Shown: positions 29,309 to 42,900 of the stretch, in pieces
Layout: every line of letters starts with the position of its first letter
Numbering within the stretch: position 1 is the first letter of the stretch
DNA from: an uncultured Desulfobacter sp.
Lineage (GTDB): Bacteria > Desulfobacterota > Desulfobacteria > Desulfobacterales > Desulfobacteraceae
Reading direction: 5' to 3'
Length of the DNA stretch: 64,000 nucleotides
Assembly: GCA_963665095.1 (NCBI GenBank)
Contig: OY762069.1
Location: 4,480,001 to 4,544,000, forward strand
Made by a program: the position numbers and the translations under genes
Notes under the pieces: model-generated
What the model was told of the DNA's origin: nothing
What the model saw: the letters and a program-made list of their open reading frames with translations, nothing else
Database searches by the model: none

Positions 29309-29354
29309 CAAAAAGTAAAAGGCCCTGACTATCTTACTGATAATCAGGGCCTTT
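29309..29354 (-). terminator. rRNA operon intrinsic terminator
   Basis: AAAGGCCCTGACTATC / GATAATCAGGGCCTTT stem followed on the minus strand by a U-rich tract, just after 5S. Confidence 0.8.
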
Positions 29355-29363
29355 CAAAGAAGA

Positions 29364-29480
29364 ACCGGCGGCGTTCTACTCTCCCACATAGTCTCCCATG
29401 CAGTACCATCGACGCTAAAGAGCTTAACTTCCGTGTTCGAGATGGGTACGGGTGTGGCCTCTTCGCCATTACCACCGGTT
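29364..29480 (-). rRNA. rrf: 5S ribosomal RNA
   Basis: CCCATCTCGAACACGGAAGTTAAG, GATGGTACTG, GGGAGAGTAG; terminal helix ACCGGTGG / CCGCCGGT. Confidence 0.95.
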
Positions 29481-29611
29481 ACACTGGTCGGACCTGGTAC
29501 TTCAGAAAGATATACATGACGTGTACCTTGGGTCCAAATATGTAATCTGTTGTAGCTATATCAAGCTTGCTATGTCCTTCATCAAAGCGTCTAAATTTAT
29601 TCGTGGAAAAA

Positions 29612-32589
<2,978 letters not shown>

Positions 32590-32620
32590 ATTAATTCCAC
32601 AAATAAGTTTAAACGCTTTG

Positions 32621-32747
32621 ATGTTTTTTGAAAATTTTGTGAAATTCGGCGTTGCAGTCTTTATCTCCTTCGATCGACGACCATAAGGTCGACTCACTCA
32701 GTCGAAAAGTCTGCGCCTTGACTTTCACTAAAATTTTCAAAAAACAT
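32621..32747. repeat. Divergent ERIC-like hairpin element inside the 16S-23S spacer
   Basis: ATGTTTTTTGAAAATTTT(A)GTGAAA inverted termini around CGGCGTTGC...CGACC/GGTCG...GCGCCTTG, the same core motifs as the other copies. Confidence 0.65.
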
Positions 32748-32909
32748 ACCTGTTTCGAAACTTTAGTTCGTTCAAGCGCCATTTCACAATATTTTCTTCA
32801 ACATAGCATGGGATGGTTGATTTTCATCTTCCATACCATTTTTATATTTAGTTGATTCAGCACCCTACGGTACTTTATCAACAACGCTATTGATATTTAC
32901 TACAACAAA

Positions 32910-32922
32910 TTGTCAAAGATCG
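32910..32922 (-). promoter_or_regulatory. Spacer boxA antitermination site
   Basis: CGATCTTTGACAA on minus strand. Confidence 0.6.
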
Positions 32923-33010
32923 AATGAGAGTACGACTACTTGATTCATCGGTTTGATCTCTCAAAGTTGGCCAGTGAAGCCGAAAAAAGCTTTTATTTAT
33001 TCTTTCCTTT

Positions 33011-34570
<1,560 letters not shown>

Positions 34571-34667
34571 ATAATCCTTTACTAAAACTTTTTAAGGTCT
34601 ACGCTTAAAGCTGTTAAGCTTGAAAGCGTATTGTCATTGACCCGCTCTTTTCTTTTTCACTGACCAA

Positions 34668-34680
34668 TTTTCAAAGATCA
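34668..34680 (-). promoter_or_regulatory. Leader boxA antitermination site
   Basis: TGATCTTTGAAAA on minus strand upstream of 16S. Confidence 0.65.
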
Positions 34681-34760
34681 AACTTAATTTTTCTTGCAAA
34701 CTATCCGCAAAAAAAATCTTTCCGAAGAACACTTGGCTTTGCTTGTCCCCTCGGAAAGAC

Positions 34761-34817
34761 CCGCGGAATATGCCTGAAAATTACAACGCTGTCAAACAGT
34801 TTTTTAATTTTTTTTTA
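34761..34817 (-). promoter_or_regulatory. rRNA operon promoter
   Basis: A-tract UP element, TTGACA (34795-34790), 17 nt, CATATT (34772-34767), GC-rich discriminator CCGCGG. Confidence 0.75.
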
Positions 34818-35063
34818 TCGATTTGATGTTAAAAACAAATTCGCACATTATTCCAACAAATTACACCATTATTTTTTTTGGGGTTAAATCTAAAACTTTA
34901 CTGACATCGTCAAATATTGGATGCATCCATGCTCTGACTGCTCCTGTAAAAAATTAAAATTTTTTTATTTTTTTGGTGATACTACGCGCATGTTTGACTA
35001 TCCATTCTCTTCCGAATTAAATTTTTTTCATACCGGTACATTCAGATCGTTCTTCAACCAGGG

Positions 35064-35915
35064 TTAATAGCACTTCATGATGCCAAGCGCCCGCTCAAGC
35101 CTCTGACAAAAAAACCGGATACACTCCTTGCGAAATGCCAGGCCCTTGAAAAACTCCTGATCACCGGAGGAGATGGTGGGGCAGTCCACCGCCATTCCCA
35201 TCTCTTCAAATGCACATCGCCAGCTGTCTTGATTTCCCATGAGGTCGTCTTCCACATGAATACCGGCCAGAAACATCATGGGGATCAGACGGATGCGGGT
35301 AAAATTGTTTTGAGCATGATCTTTACGGATCTGACTGACAATACTGTTAAAATTGGGAATACCTTCCACCGTGGCGGCATACACATTGTCATACCAGCCG
35401 GATACAAGATGGTTGATGCCCATATAAACCATGTTTACCGGGTCTGAAGCCAGAGGCGTTCCGTGAAGGGCCAGAAGATTAATCTCCTTTTCCCCGGTCA
35501 GAAAATCTTTGGAAACCACCTCCAGCACCTCTTCAATGAAATCCCAGCGGTGGCACAGGGTCTCGCCCATCACCACCCGCAGTCCCGGAAAATACAGGGA
35601 AGACTCCTTTACCTGCTGATATTCTGTCCCCGGAAACACATGCAGCGGCTGGACAACCGCTTTCCGGTATCCGTCGGCCTCCACTTTCCCCAATGTTTCC
35701 AGAAGACTTGGCAGCCCTTTTTTCCTGCGGATGATCTCCGAGGTATAGGCCCAGTATATGTCATAATCGGCAAATTTTTCGGCAAGCCGGGCTTCAACCG
35801 CATCGATGGCCGCCTGGCCACGTGAAGAGGTGCCAAAGGTGGCAATGACAATGGCCGGCTGTTCCTTGAGTTTGGGCTGGCGCATTTTTCGACCGATATA
35901 TCCGTGCTGATGCAT
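35064..35915 (-). CDS. cbiK: Sirohydrochlorin cobaltochelatase (anaerobic, class II), no signal peptide
   Basis: TFGTS, WAYTSEIIR, VQPLHVFPGTEY, LHGT, ATVEG.P, PMMFLAGIHVEDDL, KGLA. Confidence 0.88.
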   Translation of the reverse strand: MHQHGYIGRKMRQPKLKEQPAIVIATFGTSSRGQAAIDAVEARLAEKFADYDIYWAYTSEIIRRKKGLPSLLETLGKVEADGYRKAVVQPLHVFPGTEYQQVKESSLYFPGLRVVMGETLCHRWDFIEEVLEVVSKDFLTGEKEINLLALHGTPLASDPVNMVYMGINHLVSGWYDNVYAATVEGIPNFNSIVSQIRKDHAQNNFTRIRLIPMMFLAGIHVEDDLMGNQDSWRCAFEEMGMAVDCPTISSGDQEFFKGLAFRKECIRFFCQRLERALGIMKCY

Positions 35916-35982
35916 AGTAATATCCTTCTATTAAGGTTAAATGTGTTTGTTATACTGTTGTGTTGACATGCCGGTCAAATCC

Positions 35983-36744
35983 TCAGTCACACAGAGTGGC
36001 GCCCAGGGCCACGGTGAACTGCGGGAACCGGGTCACTTCAATGTCGCATAATAAAGCATCTTCCAGGGCTTCCACAAGGCCCCGGTTGGATGCGGGTCCC
36101 CCGTCCGCGAACACCTTTTCCTCCAGGGGCGCACTGCCGGCAAGCTTGGCAATACGGGCGGCCACGGAATTATTGATCCCCTTAATTATGGCCCGTTTGT
36201 CCACGTCATCCGCCATGAGAGAGACGATCTCACTTTCGGCAAATACCGCACAGGTGGCATTGATGCTCATGACCTCCACCTCGTCACCCACAGCGAACTC
36301 GGACAGGGGGGTGTCCAGGATATTGGCCGCAATTTCAAAAAACCGCCCTGTGCCGGCGGCACATTTATCGTTCATACGGAAATCTAAAATCCGACCGTCA
36401 TCCCCCAGCCGGATCACTTTGACGTCCTGGCCCCCGATGTTGATCAGGGTGCGGGCTTCTCCGCCGGTAAGGGCATGGATGCCCGCGGCATTGGCGGAAA
36501 TTTCATCCACCACATGGGTGCCCGAAGGGATGAGGTGACGACCGTATCCGGTGACGCAGATTTTTTCAATATCCGACGATCCCGCGATCAGGGCGGAAAG
36601 CCCCTCTGCCAGAAGATCATCCACCAGGGCTTTCTGTCCCGGCCGTGTGGGCACCACCTTTTTCCACAGGATCTGTGTGTCATTCTCTGCAAACACAATT
36701 TTTATGCCGGTGCTGCCGACGTCAATGCCAACTTTCATTTTCAT
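35983..36744 (-). CDS. ASKHA-type ATP-dependent activase (HgdC/BadF/BadG family; DCCP-reductase-like)
   Basis: GIDVGSTGIK, TGYGR, IGGQDVK, MNDKCAAGTGRF, CAVFAESE. Confidence 0.9.
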   Translation of the reverse strand: MKMKVGIDVGSTGIKIVFAENDTQILWKKVVPTRPGQKALVDDLLAEGLSALIAGSSDIEKICVTGYGRHLIPSGTHVVDEISANAAGIHALTGGEARTLINIGGQDVKVIRLGDDGRILDFRMNDKCAAGTGRFFEIAANILDTPLSEFAVGDEVEVMSINATCAVFAESEIVSLMADDVDKRAIIKGINNSVAARIAKLAGSAPLEEKVFADGGPASNRGLVEALEDALLCDIEVTRFPQFTVALGATLCD

Positions 36745-36877
36745 GTCCTTTCTTGCACTTCTTTCACTGCTCTTTTTCTAATTTGAAAGACACAACACTT
36801 AATTACTTGCGAGCAGATAATTACGTGTCGTGTCCGCCAAATTATGTACGTTCCAAGTGATGGTCCCTGGCCGAACA

Positions 36878-38164
36878 TCACCCCAGGCTTCGCGAAAACG
36901 CTTCCAGGCGCGTGATGATATTCTGTTCATCCGACACCACATAATCAGTTTCAATCTTCAGCACTCTGATGCCCGCCTTTCCTAAGTGCTGCTCCACAAG
37001 ACCCGCCTCCATATCAAAAGGATGGCACCCCTTGAGTACATGAAAAATCACCCCGCGCATACCGCTGTTCCGGACGTCTGCCACCAGGCGGTCCAGCCGC
37101 CGCCGGTTATCTGCAAACGTGGGGCAGGCACATGCCTTGTGATGGCGGTCGGCCAGGGCATGCAGCAGGCTGTACTCGGACGGATCCCGAAAGGCCGCAG
37201 CCCCGGGAAAGCCCCGTTCAAGGGTACAGATGTCATCACCTGTAACTGCCATACCGGCATTTTCAATGAGCCGGATCATCTTGTCATTGGGAAAGGCCAC
37301 GGGGCTGCCGCTTAAAAAAATTGGAATTTTCAGCCCATTGCAGGGGAGGGCACTCTCAACATAGACTTTTACCCCTTGAACCCACGCCTCAAGATCCATC
37401 AGGGAGAAAGCATTCATGATCAAAAAAAAGTCAATGCCCGGCACAGCCTGAGCCCGACGCAGGGTACAAAGGGTGTCAAACAAGGTCGCTGCCCGGTTGA
37501 ATATTTTTACGGATGCCAGAAGGGCTTTTCTTGAAATGGCCTGCCCGGTGATCGCCTCCAGCCAGGTCTTAAGGGCCTTTATCTCCCCCAGCCACCGGTT
37601 GCAGGCCCCTTCACCCTCCCGCAGATGTGGCAGTTCCATAAAATGCAGATTCGCGGTCTGGTCCAGCCCGGAAAGGGCGGCAAACTTCACCACCCAGTCG
37701 CAGGTGGTGGGAACAACAAGATTTAAAGGACCGCTATCCCTGCCCAGGCCCAGAAGTCCGGTTAAAGATTTCACCATGGGGCAGGAGAGGGCAGGAAGAT
37801 GCCCGGGGGCTGCATCCTTTGCCGCAAAAGAGCCGCAAGCCAGACGTTTCAGGCTCAGCCCCGCAGCATGAAACAGCTCCCCCGGGACCTGGACGCACAG
37901 GGAGAAGACGGTTTTCTTAGGCGTTCCAGGCGAGTCGCCGCCGGACAGGACATCTTTGGGGAAGGCCTCCAGAACCGCCAGAAAAGGAGCCAACCGCTCC
38001 GTCTCTTCCGTGGTCAGCCGCTGCCTGATCTCACCGGCCTCCTGGCCCAACCGGGTCCGGGTTCTTTTAATCAGCCGCTCCTGGCGGGCGCTGAGCCTGC
38101 TCGCCCCTGCAGCCGCCGGGTTTTTCGCTGTTTCTTTGGCCAAATCACTGGTCTTTTCTTCCAT
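36878..38164 (-). CDS. 2-hydroxyacyl-CoA dehydratase (HgdB) family protein, probable double-cubane cluster protein
   Basis: Cys motifs LCVQVPGEL, LACGS, LSCPMVKS, TTCD, DDICT, CACPTF, GCHPF; C-terminal LKIETDY...TRLEAF. Confidence 0.85.
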   Translation of the reverse strand: MEEKTSDLAKETAKNPAAAGASRLSARQERLIKRTRTRLGQEAGEIRQRLTTEETERLAPFLAVLEAFPKDVLSGGDSPGTPKKTVFSLCVQVPGELFHAAGLSLKRLACGSFAAKDAAPGHLPALSCPMVKSLTGLLGLGRDSGPLNLVVPTTCDWVVKFAALSGLDQTANLHFMELPHLREGEGACNRWLGEIKALKTWLEAITGQAISRKALLASVKIFNRAATLFDTLCTLRRAQAVPGIDFFLIMNAFSLMDLEAWVQGVKVYVESALPCNGLKIPIFLSGSPVAFPNDKMIRLIENAGMAVTGDDICTLERGFPGAAAFRDPSEYSLLHALADRHHKACACPTFADNRRRLDRLVADVRNSGMRGVIFHVLKGCHPFDMEAGLVEQHLGKAGIRVLKIETDYVVSDEQNIITRLEAFSRSLG

Positions 38165-39100
38165 TTACTGCTTCTCCCATTTCCGGGTCTGATAACTGCG
38201 GGATGAGGTGAACAAGGGAAATCCCAACCATTTAAATGAGAGGGTGTCGTCCGAAGGGCAATTCTCCACACAGGCCATGCAGCCTGTGCAATCCTGGCTC
38301 ATCACGTTCTTTTGATCCTTTTCAAGATAGGTGTCGCTGATGGTCATGGGGCAGGTGCGCTCGCAGTTGCCGCACCCGGAACAGGTCTCCACCTTTTTTT
38401 CAAACCGCACCGGGCTTAATTTTGCAAACAGATGCATCAGACCCAGCATGGGACAGAACATGCAGAAAAACCGTTCTTTAAAAAAGATCCCCACCAGAAA
38501 CCCTGCGGTAAGCACCATGGAGACCAGGGTAAAGCCCATGGTCACGCCATTGGTGAAGTTGATATGCACATGGGAAAAATCCCCGGCAAACATGGGCAGG
38601 ATCACCCGGCCCGGGCAGATCTGGCAAAAAGGGACAATCCAGTCCGGATGCAGTCCGAAATTCGCGATGGACAGGGGCAGAATCACCATGAGCGCCAGAA
38701 AGATATATTTTATGGGTTTCAGGGCATTGCGCTGTTTCCGGGTCATGATCATGGGCCGGACGCCCAGTTTTTTGCGTATCCAGGTCACCCAGTCCTGGAA
38801 CAGACAGAAGGGGCAGATCCAGGCGCACCACATTTTGGACAGGGGCAGAAACCAGAGCAGGAACAGCCCGAAAGGGATCAGTATCCCCATCACGCCCGAT
38901 GAAAAAATGACAGCAAAAGGGGTCTGAAACCCGGCAAAGGGGCGCTGGAACGCCATGAGATAACAGTTGCCCGCGCACCCGCTGACAAAGGGGCAGGAAA
39001 AACAGGGCAGGGACATGCCAAGGTCAATTCCCCACCTGCCGCCGTACATGAGGATCACAAAAAAAATGTGCTGGGAAATCTGCCTTAACCGCGCCACCAT
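38165..39100 (-). CDS. Membrane-bound 4Fe-4S polyferredoxin (NapH/MauN-like)
   Basis: CFSCP, WCAWICP, FCQICP, FCMFCP, two CxxCxxCxxxCP motifs; several TM helices. Confidence 0.88.
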   Translation of the reverse strand: MVARLRQISQHIFFVILMYGGRWGIDLGMSLPCFSCPFVSGCAGNCYLMAFQRPFAGFQTPFAVIFSSGVMGILIPFGLFLLWFLPLSKMWCAWICPFCLFQDWVTWIRKKLGVRPMIMTRKQRNALKPIKYIFLALMVILPLSIANFGLHPDWIVPFCQICPGRVILPMFAGDFSHVHINFTNGVTMGFTLVSMVLTAGFLVGIFFKERFFCMFCPMLGLMHLFAKLSPVRFEKKVETCSGCGNCERTCPMTISDTYLEKDQKNVMSQDCTGCMACVENCPSDDTLSFKWLGFPLFTSSRSYQTRKWEKQ

Positions 39101-39981
39101 GGCTGCCTCCTTTTCATCACCACCCAGCCGGAAAAAAAGACCGTGGCCCCAGCCAGAATGGACCAGCCGTACACCGCACTGTTCTGGGCAAATCTGGATC
39201 TGTGGACCATGAAGGTGTATGCGGCACTGATGCAGGTTCCCATAGTTTCCGTATTCATGGGCGTATCTAAAAATACAATATCTTCCCGAAAGGCCACAGC
39301 ACCCGTTCGGTTGAGTTCCCGGTCATGGCCTGGAACATGGGTCCAGTTTGTCTCTGAATCCTTTGTGCCATGACCTTTTGTATATGGGCTTTGGGTCAGC
39401 GCCCGGATCAGTTCTCTTTCCTTAACCTTCAAAGGCGCTGTCCGGGCCGGGGGCACGGTATCATCCAAACCTTTGTAAACAAAAAAATCAAAGGATTCAC
39501 CTGTCTGGGGCCAGAACCGTGTATGGAACATCTTAACCCCCACAAAGGGCACCCCCTTGAGCATGGCAACCTCTTCCGGTGCTGCCGGTGTCCTTGGGAC
39601 CGGCTCCTTTGAATTGCCCCACAGGTAGAATGAGGTGGATGCCGTCATCAAACGGCCACTGACGTTGGCAACGGCAAAAATGTTAAAAAACGCCCTTTGC
39701 CCGGAAACCAGATCCACCCGGCCCTGGTCCGGAACGGCTTTAAAAACAGTATCCGTCCCCGAGTGGGTATAAAAAACTTTTGCTGATAAGACCGCCTGGG
39801 AAGGCCCTTCCAGGATCAGCGTCCGTATAAACCGGCCATCTTTCTGTTTGACCACGGGCTGACATTTAAAATAAAACAACGGCACGGCCGCTTCCGGCAA
39901 CGCCTGGGCCTGCAATGGAAACGACAGGACTGCCAGCAGGAAAAACAAGGCCGGCAAAAGAACAATACGGTTAGAGTTCAT
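39085..39981 (-). CDS. Hypothetical exported protein with C-terminal membrane anchor
   Basis: Signal peptide (MNSNRIVLLPALFFLLAVLSFPLQAQA); C-terminal TM plus KRR tail; overlaps both neighbours. Confidence 0.7.
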   Translation of the reverse strand: MNSNRIVLLPALFFLLAVLSFPLQAQALPEAAVPLFYFKCQPVVKQKDGRFIRTLILEGPSQAVLSAKVFYTHSGTDTVFKAVPDQGRVDLVSGQRAFFNIFAVANVSGRLMTASTSFYLWGNSKEPVPRTPAAPEEVAMLKGVPFVGVKMFHTRFWPQTGESFDFFVYKGLDDTVPPARTAPLKVKERELIRALTQSPYTKGHGTKDSETNWTHVPGHDRELNRTGAVAFREDIVFLDTPMNTETMGTCISAAYTFMVHRSRFAQNSAVYGWSILAGATVFFSGWVVMKRRQPWWRG

Positions 39982-42900
39982 GAAGCTTCTGCCTTTTGTA
40001 AAATCCCAAAGAGACCAGGGCCAGCACCGCAAGCACAGCCAAAAGCCCCATCCACTCCATGCCCGAGGTACTCATCTTGGTGGTTTTATCTTTCATCTTC
40101 TTTATCTCTTCCATCTTAAACCCTTCCACGGTCTCCTGTTCCCCGGCACCGGTGTCCCCGGGCTTTGACGGACGCCCCATGTCGGCCCGGGAGCCGGGTG
40201 CGGTCAAGCTTTCCAGCAGCTCCTGCCGGGCCTTGACCTGATCTGTAAGCGTCTTGCCCGCCATTTCTTCCACAGCCATCTTAAAGGCATCGGCAATTTC
40301 CGGGCTCAGCACGCCGGGAATGGAGACAATGGAGACCACCATCTGGTTGAGCATGGGATTGTTGCAGGTATGTTCGCAGCAGGCAATACCCTTGGCCACA
40401 ATGCTTTTAGCATAATCTGCCGCCAAAGTTTCAAGCTTTTTCTGATCTGCTTTCCAATACCCTTTGCGATGGGTCTCCAGCATTCTGGCCGTGATGGACT
40501 GGAAGGCCCAGGGAGAGGCCTTGGCGAAAAATTCATCCATTTCCAGGCCGTATTTATCCGCCACATAGACATCATAGGTTTCGTTCCATTTGGACTCATC
40601 CACCTTGTCAGGCGTGGTCAGGTTCCACCCCCACAGGTACTCCACAAAATCGGCCATGGCCCTGGCCCCGGCATAGCCTTCTGCCTTCATGCCCTTTATC
40701 CACTTGGGGTTGAGGTACCGGGCCCGCATCTCCATGCCGATGCTTTGGGCAAGGTCTTCCACGGCCACGGTGGTCCCTTTGGTCTGTTTGGTGACAAGAG
40801 TCTCAGGGGACTTACCCGCCTCCTTGCGTACGGCCATGGCAAGACCGCCTAAGTACTGGAACATATCGTCGTTATCCATGAGGCCATATACATTGGATGA
40901 TTTGGAGTGGGTCACGGCATCCACCTGGGCAAGCTGGGCCTTCAGGGCTTTTTGGGCCGGGATCCCCCAGCTTTTGCCGGTACCGGTCTTGCCGAAGGCG
41001 TATCCTGTCCGGTTTTCCCACACTTCAGCCACCCGGTCGGGATCATCCCACAGGCTTGAGCCGGACGCCATCTCGCTCACCCCGTTGCCATAGGCCCCGG
41101 GCGGCTCGCTGAACACCCGAAACCGGGACACCTCTTCGGCCTCGTCCGGGTCCATGCCCTCTTTTATCAGCCGGGTCTTGGTCTCCTGGTTGTGCCGGGC
41201 AATGAGATTTTCCACATCGGTCTGGCGGGCAGCCAGGCGAACGGCTTCGTCTAAAAAGAGCATTTTGTCCGGAAACAGATCCCGGTAAAGCCCGGATGCA
41301 TTGATCATCACATCAATTCTTGGCCGGTTCAGTTCCGCCTTTGTCATCAGCTCAAGTCCCAGAACCCGTCCGGCCTTGTTCCATTTCGGCTTCACCCCGA
41401 TGAGATATAAAATGGTACACTCGTTCATGCCCTCGTTGCGCAGGGACTCTGTGGCCCAGAGGACCACTGCCACTTTATGGGGATACCCGCCTTTGTTTTT
41501 AAGGTGGTTGGCAATAATCTGGTCGCCGGCTTTTACCCCCAAAGCCCAGGCAGCCGGGCTTGGCATCTTTCCGGGGTTAAACCCGTAGAAATTTTTCCCC
41601 GTGGGAATGGCGTCCGGATTCCTCACCGGGTCATTGCCCGGGCCAGGCGCCACATACCCGCCATTGAGCCCGTGGATCAGCGCGGCCATCTCCGAAGGGC
41701 CGCAAGCCTTAAGGGCGGATTCAAATCCGTTGGCGTTTTTATTCTGGCTCGCCTCAGGATCCCAAGTTTTGATGGCGGCTGTCATCTCCTTAGCCGCCTC
41801 TGGAACCGGCGACACCCCAAATGTATGCATGCCATAGGGAATCAAACTCTCTTTGACCGCTTCCAGGTAATGCCCCAGAACATGGATCTTTTCATCTTCA
41901 TTTTCAGGCAGATGGGGAAGGTCTTTAAAGATCCCTGTCTTTTCAGCCAAGGCAAACAGCTCCACCTTTTTCTCCTCTATGGCCTGGCTGCCAATGGTTT
42001 CACCCTGTTCAATTTCCCCTGCCAGGTCCGCCATCCGCGCATACTCTTCGTCAATATCCGCGGATTTCAGCACCGGGGTGAGATGGGAGATGATCACACC
42101 ACGGCCCCGCCGCTTGGCCTGGATGCCCTCGCCCACATCATCCACAATATAGGGGTAAAGGTTAGGGATGTTTGTGGTCAGCACCTCGGGGGAACAGGAG
42201 GGGGAGAGTCCTGCCTGTTTGCCGGGCGTCCACTCATAGGTGGCGTGCGTCCCCAGATGAATCACGGCATGGGCCTTGAAGTTTTTCTGGAGCCAGAGGT
42301 AGACCGCCAGGTACTGGTGGTGGGGGTAAAGCGTGGTGTCATGGTAGAGCTTCATGGGGTCATCCCCCCAGCCCCTGGAGGGTTCCGGCAGCAGAATCAG
42401 GTTTTCGGTCCGGGCGGCAGGGATAATAAAGGCGTTGTCCTGGATCATGATTTTGGAATCGTCCACAGTTCCCCACTGCCGGATCACATTTTCCCGGAAA
42501 TCTTTTGGCAGGGTGGCAAACCAGGATCGATACTCATCCAGGGGCACCCGCACCACTTCTCCTGAAGCTGTCAGTTTATCAAGCTCCCCCGGGGCCCAGG
42601 AACCGATATTCCTTGCCGATGTGAGTAAAAGCGCTTTGACCTCATCTTTGCTTAAGGATTTTCCTGCCTGGTAACCCTGCTTATCCAGAGCATTCTGGAT
42701 GGCGGCAATACTTTTAAACACATTGAGATAGGACGCCCCGATATTCTGCTTGCCCTGGTGGTGGTTGTAGAACATGATGGCCACTTTTTTGTCCGGGTTG
42801 GCCGCCTTTTGAAGCCGGTCCCAGCCCTTGATCCGGTCAATGAGGCGGTCCAGGTTGGCCGAAGCCAGACTGCCGATATAATAGGTCTTTCCCGTACCCT

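Larger units (their letters stand above)
29105..29363 (-). repeat. Tandem 157-bp repeats of truncated, decayed 5S rRNA 3-prime segment plus terminator
   Basis: GAGATGGGCACC at 29141 and 29298; AGAACCGGCGGCGTTCTACTCTCCCA at 29204 and 29361 (period 157). Confidence 0.85.

Noticed and set aside
29105..29363. CRISPR array or second functional 5S gene
   Set aside because: Units are 157-bp 5S/terminator duplications without unique spacers or cas genes; copies lack the 5-prime strand and have disrupted helices.
32590..33010. Spacer tRNA-Ile/tRNA-Ala
   Set aside because: No cloverleaf, T-loop or CCA end found on either strand by eye.
36878..38164. Amino-acid fermentation dehydratase or benzoyl-CoA reductase subunit
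   Set aside because: Single subunit, extra cysteines and no matching pathway genes alongside; not excluded without an alignment.
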